From positions 1-37,342 of the forward strand of contig JALVMZ010000269.1 in NCBI GenBank assembly GCA_027032655.1: a stretch of 37,342 nucleotides of DNA, written 5' to 3'. A program made the translations under genes and the position numbers. Below, in pieces: positions 23,610 to 33,495 of this stretch. Position 1 is the stretch's first letter, and every line of letters starts with the position of its first letter. The notes below the pieces were generated by a model. That model had not been told where the DNA came from. It saw only the letters and a list, made by a program, of their open reading frames with translations, and searched no databases. The stretch is from Desulfobacteraceae bacterium (GTDB taxonomy: Bacteria > Desulfobacterota > DSM-4660 > Desulfatiglandales > JALVMZ01).

Positions 23610-24437
23610 ATGGATTTTCCAACAGCTCAGGAGAAAACAGTACTGGTAGCGAAAAATTTCCGGAATTACCTGGCCAGCTTAGAACTTTTAGAGGTTCTGA
23701 AGGAGAAGTTCGGTATCAAAACGACACCTTACAGTCCGGGAGCGGCTTTCCGAATTGTAAGAGGGAGGAAATTGTTAAACCGAGAATACAGACCTTTAGG
23801 AACAGTTACCTTCACAGGTAATAGTGAAATGGGATTTGCAATCTTTGCAGGTGGAAAAAGAATCGGTAGAGCGGTGCTTATCGAGGGGGAACTTTTACTT
23901 CACAGAGAAAAAGATCTGGAGCCTGAAGAGTTAAAAGCTGTAGACAGACTATTTGAGGATATTCAAAACCTGTACCACAGAACACGGAATTTCGTGGTAA
24001 CTGAGAAGGTTACGGAAATTACCAATTCTTTTTTCAAGAAACTCGGAATGCTTCCGTTAAGGCCAGAAAGGGGAGATTTTTATCTCTTAGAGGACTCAGA
24101 GAAGCTGCGGAACTTTATGAAAACAATTGAGGATATGAACCTTTCTGCGGGAGCTCCCCCTTGTTTCATACTTCTTAAACTGGAGCCTTCCGCTATTGAA
24201 GTTGTCAGATTATCTGTGCGAGAACGTTTAAGTTCCCTGTGGAGGCGTCTGGAGTCACCAGGAGAAAGTGCGTGTTTCTTCAACAACATCGTTATAGAGG
24301 CACGGAGCCTACTTAGAGGGCTGTCCACTGTTGGAAAATATATTTTTACAGATGAAGAAAGAGAAGCTTTTCAGAGTGAACTTAAATTGATTATAAAGAC
24401 TGCTAAGGAGAAATCAAAAAGGGGAGGAAAGTCGTGA
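23610..24437 (+). CDS. hypothetical 275-aa protein
   Basis: ATG with a GAGGTGAGG RBS. Its stop overlaps the GTG start of the next gene. No family recognised. Confidence 0.6.
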   Translation: MDFPTAQEKTVLVAKNFRNYLASLELLEVLKEKFGIKTTPYSPGAAFRIVRGRKLLNREYRPLGTVTFTGNSEMGFAIFAGGKRIGRAVLIEGELLLHREKDLEPEELKAVDRLFEDIQNLYHRTRNFVVTEKVTEITNSFFKKLGMLPLRPERGDFYLLEDSEKLRNFMKTIEDMNLSAGAPPCFILLKLEPSAIEVVRLSVRERLSSLWRRLESPGESACFFNNIVIEARSLLRGLSTVGKYIFTDEEREAFQSELKLIIKTAKEKSKRGGKS

Positions 24438-25933
24438 GAAGGCTTTTAGTACTGGCCACTGTGGTACTTCTGTCCTCCTGTACCAGTGAAATAGTTAAGG
24501 AGATTCAGGCTTTACCACGTGGAGGCAAGCCTGCTCCTGAAGTCTCAGCTGACGAATTGAGCAAGATAAGAGAAAGTAACAGTATCAGAAAATATCTGAG
24601 GGCCCTCGGCTATGAAAGGTTTGCTTCAGTAGGTGACAGTCTTACGGTTATTGCCGCCAGGGAACTTGACTCAGGGGTTGATGCAGTCTGGAACTACATC
24701 CCGGAGCTCTATAATTTCTGCAAAGCTCACGGAGGGGATCTTGTCGTAGGAAAAGGCATAGAAAAGATTTCTTACTCTTCCGTAGAAAACAGTAGTGCAA
24801 AGTTTCGCTATTTTGGACCTGGAAGGACCTTTAGATGCGAAGGGAGCACTTATCCGTTCCAGGTGGAGCATGTTAAAGGCAGAGCCTGGGATTCAAGCAG
24901 TGTATTAGGTACTATCTACGAGGCCATTCTTGTGGTAAAGCATAAGCCAGAACCTATTGTAAAAACCGATTTTGGTTTCTACAGTAAAGACGTAGAACTC
25001 TTCCCGAAGCTTAACCTTTCTGAGTTCATGGAGAGGGAAAGGAAGGAAAACTACATAGTCGGCTATCTAAAGCTCGGGCCTCAGAGGTGGAGAGCAAGGT
25101 TAGGAGCAGACAATCCTATGCCTTTCAGTGTTCCTAAGGATATGGTTTACAGAATTGGTTTTCTCTGGCATGCCGTTGAATACTGTCAGCTCCACGGAGG
25201 GGAGCTCCAGAAAGACGGGAAACCTCTTGAAGTGTGGTTCAGCGAACTGGCAGAAAAGGACGGACTTTATGGATACCCTTACGAGACCTACGATAAAGCT
25301 GGAAGGAAAGTTATGAAGTATCCCCTTAAAGGGTTCTACAGATGCGTGGGAAGTGATCAACCGTTTGAAATGAAGGTTAAGCCTTACAAGTTTGTTAACG
25401 ACCAATTCCAATACGAGTTTTTCCTCCAGGCCGGCAATAGCGGTTCTTCATCTTTGACTTCCGAGAGCGAGGAGCCGGCAGTTGAAACTCCGCATATTCC
25501 TTTAATGGTTGGTGGATTATTTACGAAGTTGTTTGCTGTTCAGGCAGCGAATGAAAAAATGGACCTTGTAAGGCAAAAAGGAGCTGTCATATACAGGGCC
25601 TTCTACAACGGAGAGGACTCTTTGGGCTGTGATCTTGTTAGCGTTGCAGTCAACAATGCTGGTAGCGTAGAGGTATATAACTACAAAGTCTGTAACGGTA
25701 AGCCTGTTCCCTTAGGCAATACAGAGCTGAACTTACCCGTACCTTCAGAGGTAGAAAAAGCAGAGAAAGCTGTAGCTAAACAAGCAGCAGATTATGGTAA
25801 GTTTTCAATGGAAATCAACGGCTACAGGCTTATGGGGAAAGCTTTAAGAGACGAACATTTCTGTAAGGTTGAAGTGAGAGTGCTTAGAGATGGCAAACTG
25901 GTAAGGATTGACAAAGTAGATGCCTGCAGGTAG
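24434..25933 (+). CDS. lipoprotein of unknown function (499 aa)
   Basis: GTG start follows GGGGAGGAAA. The lipobox signal peptide is MRRLLVLATVVLLSSC. No family recognised. Confidence 0.65.
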   Translation: MRRLLVLATVVLLSSCTSEIVKEIQALPRGGKPAPEVSADELSKIRESNSIRKYLRALGYERFASVGDSLTVIAARELDSGVDAVWNYIPELYNFCKAHGGDLVVGKGIEKISYSSVENSSAKFRYFGPGRTFRCEGSTYPFQVEHVKGRAWDSSSVLGTIYEAILVVKHKPEPIVKTDFGFYSKDVELFPKLNLSEFMERERKENYIVGYLKLGPQRWRARLGADNPMPFSVPKDMVYRIGFLWHAVEYCQLHGGELQKDGKPLEVWFSELAEKDGLYGYPYETYDKAGRKVMKYPLKGFYRCVGSDQPFEMKVKPYKFVNDQFQYEFFLQAGNSGSSSLTSESEEPAVETPHIPLMVGGLFTKLFAVQAANEKMDLVRQKGAVIYRAFYNGEDSLGCDLVSVAVNNAGSVEVYNYKVCNGKPVPLGNTELNLPVPSEVEKAEKAVAKQAADYGKFSMEINGYRLMGKALRDEHFCKVEVRVLRDGKLVRIDKVDACR

Positions 25934-25966
25934 GGAGCTCCCTGCCTGCTTTAGCTGGAGGGTAAT

Positions 25967-26470
25967 GTGCTTTGGAAAGATAAGATAGTTAAGCGTTTAG
26001 ATAAGGTTAAAGGAGAGAAGACAGTAAAGGATTTCATAGACGGACTCCGTAAACAGGGCAGAGATGTATACAGTTATGGGAAGTTCTGTGCCGTTGTATA
26101 CGGCGGAAATGTCACTTTGACCGAAAAGTTCTTAAACCTTCTTCATGAGCTCGGATTCACAAAAGAGGAAATACAAGATATAGTAGTTGATGCCATTAAA
26201 TACCGCTATGGACTGAGGGAAAGCAAGAAAGAAATCCGCAGGGCTTTAAAAGAGGCCAACTCCGTGGACCCTAACCAGTTTATCAGAGAAAACGCTACAG
26301 TTCTAAGACGTTTCTTTGATTCTGGTCAGCTCCACAGGATGAAAACAGAGACCAAAAGAATGAGAATATCGGCTGCAATGAGAATCTACAAAGCATTGGG
26401 TCGGAAGGCTCTACCTGCAATTTTTAAGTTGACTTTACCTGAGGAATATATAAAGTTGTTTACAACTTGA
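25967..26470 (+). CDS. hypothetical 167-aa protein
   Basis: GTG start follows GGAGGG. No family recognised. Confidence 0.55.
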   Translation: MLWKDKIVKRLDKVKGEKTVKDFIDGLRKQGRDVYSYGKFCAVVYGGNVTLTEKFLNLLHELGFTKEEIQDIVVDAIKYRYGLRESKKEIRRALKEANSVDPNQFIRENATVLRRFFDSGQLHRMKTETKRMRISAAMRIYKALGRKALPAIFKLTLPEEYIKLFTT

Positions 26471-26589
26471 GGTGGAGAAGAATTCATGTACGGTTAAAGA
26501 AAGGAATCAATTTTCAGAACTCAGAACATGTAGACAAAAGTTAGTATTTACTCTAATTTTCAGTGTGTTAACATATCTATATACTGCTT

Positions 26590-27615
26590 TTGAGGAAAAC
26601 AGGAAATATGAAACTGATAGAAGGGAACCTTCAGAAGAAATGGGAAGAGCTTAATCTACTCATAGCGGACTATATTGATATGTACGAGAACCATCTGGAC
26701 TTCCTTGAGATTGATTTGGAATCCGATGACCAATCGTGGCTTAATATTTTCGATATAAGGACAAGGCTTCTTGGACTGTTTACAGATAGTGGGTATGTTA
26801 ACCTCTCTATAGCTCTGAATAAAAGAAAAATCTACCAGAAACATTGCGAGAAGTTACGCTACCTTGACAGAATTCTCATTAGGAAGGCTCCTTTGATAGT
26901 TAGCAACTTTGATATTTTCTCGTTCAGGCAATATCTAATAGGAGAAACAAGTAAAGGGTTAGGAGAAGAAGTTCCTGAACCTCTATTTAATCAGGTATTT
27001 TGGTGGTGGGCATTAGATCTTATTCTTTCCAAGAAGCTAAGATTTCCCGATTATGTTCCTTCTTGGCTCAAGAAGCCGAAAACGTACAATCTTGATGCTG
27101 TTATTGTTGAAGGAAGGACCAAAAATGAGAAAAAGTATGTAGTCTTGCTTTTTCTTCCTTCTAAGGATATTCCGCGTGTTGTGAAAAAAAGGTTGCTTGA
27201 AGAGCTTGCAGATAATCTCCTTTTTGATGTAACTTCGTTGATAGACAAGGTTTCCGTAACAGAGAAAAAAGAAACAGAGACGTATTTGATTCTCCTACTT
27301 TCTGGATTCATAGGAAAGCTACAAATAAAAACAGATCTCCAATCAGATGTTTTCAAGGGTAAAGAATTCCTGGTTGCCTTCCCAAGAAAGGACTCTATTT
27401 TTTTCAGCACTTTCTTCGAGGAACTTGAAGAAGCAGTTAAAAGTGGGAATACCAAATTCCTAAACCACAGAACACTAACTCAAGAACAGTTCATCATAAA
27501 ACAGCTTGATTATGTAGGTTTTTCCATCCAGATAGACTTCGAAAAATCCAAACCTGTACCTTCTTTTTCTTTGAACACTAAGGTTCCATCAGAGGTTACT
27601 CTTGTGTCTGATTGA
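26590..27615 (+). CDS. hypothetical 341-aa protein
   Basis: A long ORF with an AGGAAA RBS. No family recognised. Confidence 0.6.
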   Translation: MRKTGNMKLIEGNLQKKWEELNLLIADYIDMYENHLDFLEIDLESDDQSWLNIFDIRTRLLGLFTDSGYVNLSIALNKRKIYQKHCEKLRYLDRILIRKAPLIVSNFDIFSFRQYLIGETSKGLGEEVPEPLFNQVFWWWALDLILSKKLRFPDYVPSWLKKPKTYNLDAVIVEGRTKNEKKYVVLLFLPSKDIPRVVKKRLLEELADNLLFDVTSLIDKVSVTEKKETETYLILLLSGFIGKLQIKTDLQSDVFKGKEFLVAFPRKDSIFFSTFFEELEEAVKSGNTKFLNHRTLTQEQFIIKQLDYVGFSIQIDFEKSKPVPSFSLNTKVPSEVTLVSD

Positions 27616-27625
27616 TGGAAATTTG

Positions 27626-28234
27626 ATGAACAAAGCCTTACTTATTCTCGCTATGATTCAGCAAGGTAAATTTTACTGGCGAGAAGTTGACTGCAATTCA
27701 AACTATGCTCAGAGCCTTTTCCAAAAGTACAATCGTAAAACTTCTCCAAGGGCTAAAACATGTAAGAACCTTGAAGAAAAATGTGTAAACGGAAAGATAA
27801 CAGAAAGGGAACTCCACTTTTGTAAGAGAAAAGTAGAGGATAAGATTCCCCTAAATCATCCAAATGATCTTGATATAGTAATTAAGACAATAGTCAAGAG
27901 CAAAGATGCGATGATAGCTTACCTTCAGATGGAATCTGAAGAAGAAAAATTGTTAATAGGGAAAGTATTTACTTATAGAGAAGTAAAAAGTCACTCTTTT
28001 CCTGTCTTAACTTACCCAGAACCAACAACAGTATGGTTTCTCTCGTGCAAATTAATAGATGGAGAAGATGAGGTTCAAGTTCTCACGATATATCCATCAA
28101 GATTTAATATGAATCTTCGGGAATGTTTTCATTATGAGATTGAAAGGCTAAAGAGAACAACAAAGTCATCTACAAAGATAGTAAAAATATTAATGCCTCC
28201 AATGTTTGTGGAGGATGTCCATAGAACTGTGTAA
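27626..28234 (+). CDS. hypothetical protein of about 202 aa
   Basis: I prefer ATG 27626 (MNKALLILAMIQQGKFYW) to the TTG at 27602, which overlaps the previous gene. No family recognised. Confidence 0.5.
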   Translation: MNKALLILAMIQQGKFYWREVDCNSNYAQSLFQKYNRKTSPRAKTCKNLEEKCVNGKITERELHFCKRKVEDKIPLNHPNDLDIVIKTIVKSKDAMIAYLQMESEEEKLLIGKVFTYREVKSHSFPVLTYPEPTTVWFLSCKLIDGEDEVQVLTIYPSRFNMNLRECFHYEIERLKRTTKSSTKIVKILMPPMFVEDVHRTV

Positions 28235-28330
28235 ATTCATACTATATTCTCCTCCAAAGGCTGAGGACAAACCCGTTCTTGAAGGGATCCCCCAACATCT
28301 GAAGTAGGAGTTCTAAGTAGTCTTCTACCC

Positions 28331-30283
28331 TCAACCTTTCCTCCTTCCCCTCTTCTTCTTTTCCAGGCTCTTGAAAAACCCGTCCAGCCACCTGCGGCAG
28401 TAGCCATAATTCCCCTCTTGCAGAGCTTTCTTAACCTTCTCATCTCCGTTTTTCTCTATAACGGCCTTCTGCTTTTCGCTCAAGGGAGCTTTGGTCTTCT
28501 GCTGAGCTATTTTCTCTCTGGCCTTTGTAATCCACTCAGAGAGTTTCTTCTTTGAAATAAGAACCTCTCCCGGAATTTCCTCTTTAAGCCGTTCAGATAA
28601 CGTTCTGGCAAAAGAAAGCTGTTTCTCCGTTGGTGTATCGTTAGGTTTTTCATTCAAGAGAGGTAAAAGCTCCCTGACCTTTTCTGCTGTTTCCAAAACC
28701 GGCCTTCTCCAGTCCAGCTTTCCCTGTTCTACGAGGTCTAAATGTTTTTCCATCTCAGCCGTAAGTTCCGGGGAAAGCATCCAAGGGTGTTTCTTCTCAA
28801 GAAACTCTATGACCTTAAACGCCGTATCCGTCGGTACCATCTTTCCAGACTTAACGACTACGTAACCTCTCTTTTTCAGGGTCTTCACGGTAGAGGCATA
28901 CGTAGAGGGACGGCCTACGCCTGTCTTCTCCATCCACTTAACGATGGAACCTTCTGAATAACGGGATGGCGGCTTAGTTTTGTCTTCTTTCAGCTTTACT
29001 TCTGCCCGCAGGAATTCACCTGCTTGCAAGTCAGGTAGGATTCCTTCCCCTTCCTCGTCCACTTCAGCGTTATAGACTCTTCTCCATCCCTCAAAGACAA
29101 GGGCCTTCCCTTTGGCCGTGAACTTTGTTCCCAGATCGTTCTGCAGGACAACGGTTTGGGTATTCCAAACGGCCGGAGACATCTGGCAGGCTACTGCTCT
29201 TTTCCAGATAAGTGTGTAGAGCTTGAGCTGTTGCGGAGTGAGCCTGCCCCTGAGAACTTCTGGAGCTCCCTGCGGAGTCAAGTTAGTTGGTCTTATAGCC
29301 TCGTGAGCGTCCTGAGCGTCCCCTTTGGCCTTGTAAATATAAGGCTTTTCAGGCAGGTATTCCTTGCCGTAGAGCTGATTTATCAAGTTTCTGAGCATTA
29401 AAACGGCATCTTCAGATAGCCTCGGAGAGTCTGAACGGTGGTAGGTAATGTAACCGTTCTCAAAGAGCTCTTGAGCAATTTTCATTGTGAACTCAGGACT
29501 CCACCTAAAGAGCCTGTTAGCCTCTTGCTGTAAGACTGAGGAAGTAAACGGTGATTTTGGTTTCTCAAGTCTCCTCCTCTTCTCAGCCTTGACGACCTTA
29601 AGAGTTTTATAAGACAGGTTCTCTTGAGCCTTTTCCTTTTCCCAGAACTTATCCGTTCTGGCAATAAACCTCTTTCCGTCCTTTTCAAGCTGAGCTTCTA
29701 CAATCCAGAAAGGCTTTGGGACAAACTTTTTTATTTCTTTTTCTCTCTTAACTATCTCGGCTAAGACGGTTGACTGAACCCTACCGGCAGATAGGGAACT
29801 CCTGCCGAGTTCTTTCTGGAGCTCCGGAGAAATCAGATATCCCAATATTCTGTCTATGGCCCTACGGGCGAACTGCGCATTAACTCTGTTCCTGTCTATT
29901 TCCCGGGGCTCTTTAACAGCCCTCTGGATCGCCCTCTTAGTTATCTCATGGAACTCTATCCTCTTGATTTCCTTAGCGTGAGGTTTAAGAAGTTCTGCTA
30001 TGTGCCATGCTATCGCTTCTCCCTCCCTGTCAGGGTCAGAGGCACAGAGGACGAGCTGTCCTCTGGCCAATTTTTTAAGCTCCTTTACTATCTTGCCTTT
30101 TCCCGGAAGGAGGGAAAATACGAAGGGGAAGCTCCCTTTTTTTAACTTCTCCAGATCTACGGCAAACTCGTTTGATGGTAGGTCCCGGATATGGCCAAGG
30201 CTTGCCTTTACCGTAAATCCCCTTCCGAGAATGGCCTGTATTTTCTTAGCTTTCGTTGGAGATTCCACAATTACTAACGCCAT
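28331..30283 (-). CDS. type IA DNA topoisomerase (plasmid-borne Topo III/TraE-like) with C-terminal repeats and no zinc fingers
   Basis: The Toprim start is MALVIVESPTKAKKI, with DPDREGEAIAWH following. The active-site Tyr lies in GYITYHRSDS. The C-terminus has two (T/S)EKQ... helices (PTEKQLSFARTLSERL and LSEKQKAVIEKNG), like the topoisomerase C-terminal repeat. ATG 30283 lies 1 nt after the upstream stop. Confidence 0.9.
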   Translation of the reverse strand: MALVIVESPTKAKKIQAILGRGFTVKASLGHIRDLPSNEFAVDLEKLKKGSFPFVFSLLPGKGKIVKELKKLARGQLVLCASDPDREGEAIAWHIAELLKPHAKEIKRIEFHEITKRAIQRAVKEPREIDRNRVNAQFARRAIDRILGYLISPELQKELGRSSLSAGRVQSTVLAEIVKREKEIKKFVPKPFWIVEAQLEKDGKRFIARTDKFWEKEKAQENLSYKTLKVVKAEKRRRLEKPKSPFTSSVLQQEANRLFRWSPEFTMKIAQELFENGYITYHRSDSPRLSEDAVLMLRNLINQLYGKEYLPEKPYIYKAKGDAQDAHEAIRPTNLTPQGAPEVLRGRLTPQQLKLYTLIWKRAVACQMSPAVWNTQTVVLQNDLGTKFTAKGKALVFEGWRRVYNAEVDEEGEGILPDLQAGEFLRAEVKLKEDKTKPPSRYSEGSIVKWMEKTGVGRPSTYASTVKTLKKRGYVVVKSGKMVPTDTAFKVIEFLEKKHPWMLSPELTAEMEKHLDLVEQGKLDWRRPVLETAEKVRELLPLLNEKPNDTPTEKQLSFARTLSERLKEEIPGEVLISKKKLSEWITKAREKIAQQKTKAPLSEKQKAVIEKNGDEKVKKALQEGNYGYCRRWLDGFFKSLEKKKRGRRKG

Positions 30284-30284
30284 G

Positions 30285-30950
30285 TCAGCACACACTCAGA
30301 ATGGATACAAGAACTTGCTTAGTCAAGGGAGTCCTGAATCTTCCAAAACTGACTATAATATCTCTTAAACGAGCAGCATTCTCAGAAGATATCAGCTTAA
30401 ATTTACCCTCTCTAAAAGCCACGTTTGTTGCTTTCTTAATCAAGACTCTTAATAGGACTTCCCTAAGAAGAAAAACTCCTGATAGGTCAAAACTTTGGCT
30501 TTGACTACCGTCAGACATTAACAACTGATCCACATCTGGCGTGAGTATCAAAACAGCCGTTCCTTCTAAGGAGTAGACTTCTTCCACATACCTTGCTGAC
30601 GGTTTCAAGGCCTGATATAGAGGGATAGCCCTTCCGTAAGGAACGATAAAGGAAGAACCTTTTTTCTCATCCTCGTTAAAGAGGCGAATCTTAATTCCTC
30701 TTTGATTTGGAGTTAGAGAGACAGTACACCCGGCAAAAGAAATGGGAGGCATTTCTAAACCTGCAAGTGCTGATATCAGAGCCTTTCTTATCAGAAAGGC
30801 TGTAAAAGAACTGACAGACAACCTCAAAGAAAGAGAGGAAACTTCCTCTATAGGAATACCCGAGTCAGCAGGCAAGAACACGTTCCCTCTTTTCGGAAGG
30901 AACTGAAGGAACTCTTTGTCAACTTTGATTTCTCCCCCTGGAACAAACAT
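30285..30950 (-). CDS. hypothetical 221-aa protein between traH and the topoisomerase gene
   Basis: The ORF is tightly packed in the operon, 9 nt after the traH stop. No family recognised. Confidence 0.55.
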   Translation of the reverse strand: MFVPGGEIKVDKEFLQFLPKRGNVFLPADSGIPIEEVSSLSLRLSVSSFTAFLIRKALISALAGLEMPPISFAGCTVSLTPNQRGIKIRLFNEDEKKGSSFIVPYGRAIPLYQALKPSARYVEEVYSLEGTAVLILTPDVDQLLMSDGSQSQSFDLSGVFLLREVLLRVLIKKATNVAFREGKFKLISSENAARLRDIIVSFGRFRTPLTKQVLVSILSVC

Positions 30951-30959
30951 CTGTTCTCC

Positions 30960-32447
30960 TTACAGAGATGTAAAGATGTCCTTATTGGCAAGAGAAGTAA
31001 CAACAGCCTTCTCATAGTGGTTAACGAAGTTGGCGAACTGGTTAAAGGTCTTTATAGGAAACTTTGTTTTCTCTCTGATATCCTGAAGTTCCTTTAATCT
31101 TCTCCCGGCCATGCTGTAAAGGACCTTTATGAAGTCTCTCTGCTCCTCACTCATATCTTTCCATGGCAGGCCAGAGATACCATACAGTCCGTCCCTTATC
31201 AGGGCCTCAACGTAGTAAGAGGCGATGTAATCCTTACTTCCTTCGATAAAGTTCTCACCAACTCCAGGGAAGTAAGCAAGGGTATTAAGCCACTTTAGAA
31301 TAGGCAGAGGTGTAGCTCCCACGAACTGCTTTTCCTTATCGCTTAAGGGAGTATGGGTTTCTATTTTGTGAAGAATGCTATACATGTATGCTTTCACAAG
31401 CCCTGGGAATCCTGGCTCGCTGGTGCAATAGGACTGATAAGAGGGAGGAGCAGCTGAACAAAGATCTTTCATTACTGTGTATAGGTCTTCTTTTCCTGAC
31501 ACATCTACACCTCTAAACTCGCCAAGAGCATCTTTGTAATCCTTAATCCCGTATACATACCCGATACCAGAACTGTCCACGTGAAAGAGTCTGGCTACGT
31601 TGAGCACTGGCGATACATATTGAACATTGTAAAGCTGACTACTTCCTGGGTCACTTCCCGCTTCGTCTGTTTCCTTACGGGAAATAATGACGTCACCTAT
31701 TAATGAAGCAATCAAACGGAACTGGACTGCAGCCCATGTGTTGCTTTTATCAAAATCCTTTCCAAACTTTTTCTCAAGCTGCCTGTAAAGTAGGTCACCC
31801 CTTATCTCCGCTATCTCTTGTTGATACGCTTTCCCTTCAGACGTAGACAACCAATCCTTCAAAGACTGATTAAAATCCTTCAGAGCCTTATTAAGCGACG
31901 CAAAGAAATCATCAGCATTACCTGTTTTAGCGTTATCATTCATACTCTTCTGTTGTTCCGCCTCGGTCATTTTAGATGAGAAACCAAATAAGTGATAGAC
32001 AAGAGCCTTACTGGCCTGACAGGAGTCAACTCCCATCTGGTTAACAAGCTGAGCCGTAGTTGAAAGCTCGTTCAATACGTTAGCAACTCCAGGAAGGAAC
32101 TTCTTCAACGCAATTTCAAAAGCAACTCCAGGGGCTGCCTGAAGAATCTGTTTTAACCACTGAACTATCTGGTCAAGATTAAGGTAGGACAGTGAACCAA
32201 AAGTGAGGTCTATTCCAGAACATCCCGCTCTAATTTTTGGGGGCTGAAAGGTAACAAGATTCAGGGTTGAATGAGGCACTCTGTAGTACACAGAACCTAA
32301 AGTAACATACCCCCTTTCCTGTCCTTGAACAACTTTGGGATTTGTAGTGTTTTTGAGAATATCGTCGTATGCCTCCTTAAGGTCCAGACCTGACGCACTG
32401 GAGCTAAAGACAATTACCGTAGTCAAAGCGGCCAATAGCTTTCTCAT
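30960..32447 (-). CDS. traH: F-type T4SS protein TraH
   Basis: Signal peptide present. GSVYYRVPHSTLNLVTFQPPKIRAGCSGIDLTFGSLSYLNLDQIVQWLKQIL ... MGVDSCQASKAL aligns by eye with F TraH (..INAGCGGIDAYLGSFSFINGEQL...LSSCQAAQGI). Confidence 0.85.
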   Translation of the reverse strand: MRKLLAALTTVIVFSSSASGLDLKEAYDDILKNTTNPKVVQGQERGYVTLGSVYYRVPHSTLNLVTFQPPKIRAGCSGIDLTFGSLSYLNLDQIVQWLKQILQAAPGVAFEIALKKFLPGVANVLNELSTTAQLVNQMGVDSCQASKALVYHLFGFSSKMTEAEQQKSMNDNAKTGNADDFFASLNKALKDFNQSLKDWLSTSEGKAYQQEIAEIRGDLLYRQLEKKFGKDFDKSNTWAAVQFRLIASLIGDVIISRKETDEAGSDPGSSQLYNVQYVSPVLNVARLFHVDSSGIGYVYGIKDYKDALGEFRGVDVSGKEDLYTVMKDLCSAAPPSYQSYCTSEPGFPGLVKAYMYSILHKIETHTPLSDKEKQFVGATPLPILKWLNTLAYFPGVGENFIEGSKDYIASYYVEALIRDGLYGISGLPWKDMSEEQRDFIKVLYSMAGRRLKELQDIREKTKFPIKTFNQFANFVNHYEKAVVTSLANKDIFTSL

Positions 32448-33487
32448 TATTCACTCCACAATTGGTTCTCTATAGCTTGGCTAATTTCCTGTTCCTTCTT
32501 CTTCTCTCTTACTTTATTTAGGAGAGATGCTATCTTCTCAAGCTTTTCAGGGATAGAGACCTCCTTGATTTCGGGTTTCTCCTTAAGCTCCCAATCCTTT
32601 TTCTCAACTTCCGGGGGATGGCCATTCTCAATCGTATAGAGAATTTCGTAAACCGTTCTTTTAAGTGAATCAAGAGTTACAAGTCCATAGGAAACCGGCT
32701 GAATCAAAGGCTTACCATCCTTGAAGTCAGGAATAACAAGAAAAATCGCAGGAAAGACGGGAACTCCAAGCTTTTCTGCAAGACGGCCATAATCCTGAGT
32801 GCAGTCAGGAAATTCCCTCAAACAACCTCCTGTAGTAGAAATAGCCAAAACTTTCCAGCCTGAAAAACGCTGAAACCTTTTTAAGATTGGAGCCTGAGCT
32901 TCACAGAAGGTACAGCCTTCCTGGAAAAAGAAATACAATCCCGCTCTATCCTTCCACTTCTGTAGCATCTGAGAAATCCTCTCTTCCTTAGCTAAGAAAT
33001 CCACGCGGCGGCCAAACGTTGAAGGGGGATGCGAAACAGCAGGGTTCCACTCCGGATGCTCCCTGAGAACTTTCTGTAAAGCCACCGTATAAGCCACTGA
33101 CTTCCTCATTGCATAGTTCTGGATAAGCAAAATGTTTTCGTAATCAGCTACATTCGGTTTGTAGAGAGCTCTCTCTACATACAGACTATATAGCTCTCCT
33201 ATCTGGACCGGGGTTAACTTCTCCAAGTCTTTCTCCGTTAGTTTGACGGGCAGAGACGCTAAAAGCTCGGCGTCTTTGTTTTTCAGCTCTTTAGACTGTT
33301 TAATTTCTGCATGCACAAATTTCTTGGCTCTTTTCTCTCTCTTCTTCGCTTCCTCCTTCTTTTCCTGGCTTTCCTGGCCCTCTTTCTTCCAGAACCATCC
33401 CGTTTCTTTATCTGAACCAAAGAACCCGCCTCCAAAAGAAGACACAGGAAACACAAGCATAAAAAGGAAAAGCAACCCTTTCCTCAT
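32447..33487 (-). CDS. traF: F-type T4SS thioredoxin-fold protein TraF (retains a CxxC)
   Basis: Signal peptide present, followed by GWFWKKEG. YFFFQEGCTFCEAQAPILKRF ... VLAISTTG ... LGVPVFPAIFLV ... PVSYGLVTLDSL matches F TraF/TrbB-type proteins. Confidence 0.8.
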   Translation of the reverse strand: MRKGLLFLFMLVFPVSSFGGGFFGSDKETGWFWKKEGQESQEKKEEAKKREKRAKKFVHAEIKQSKELKNKDAELLASLPVKLTEKDLEKLTPVQIGELYSLYVERALYKPNVADYENILLIQNYAMRKSVAYTVALQKVLREHPEWNPAVSHPPSTFGRRVDFLAKEERISQMLQKWKDRAGLYFFFQEGCTFCEAQAPILKRFQRFSGWKVLAISTTGGCLREFPDCTQDYGRLAEKLGVPVFPAIFLVIPDFKDGKPLIQPVSYGLVTLDSLKRTVYEILYTIENGHPPEVEKKDWELKEKPEIKEVSIPEKLEKIASLLNKVREKKKEQEISQAIENQLWSE

Positions 33488-33495
33488 GGCGTCTC

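Noticed and set aside
26472-26654. 60-aa plus-strand ORF between the 167-aa and 341-aa genes
   Set aside because: It overlaps the better-supported start of the 341-aa gene at 26590. It has no convincing RBS, and the region looks like a promoter or leader.
27051-27455. 134-aa minus-strand ORF
   Set aside because: It is a Ser/Leu/Phe-rich antisense shadow of the 341-aa plus-strand gene.
28237-28443. 68-aa minus-strand ORF overlapping the 3' end of the topoisomerase gene
   Set aside because: It is an Arg/Gly-rich alternative frame of the topoisomerase C-terminal basic tail and has no independent support.
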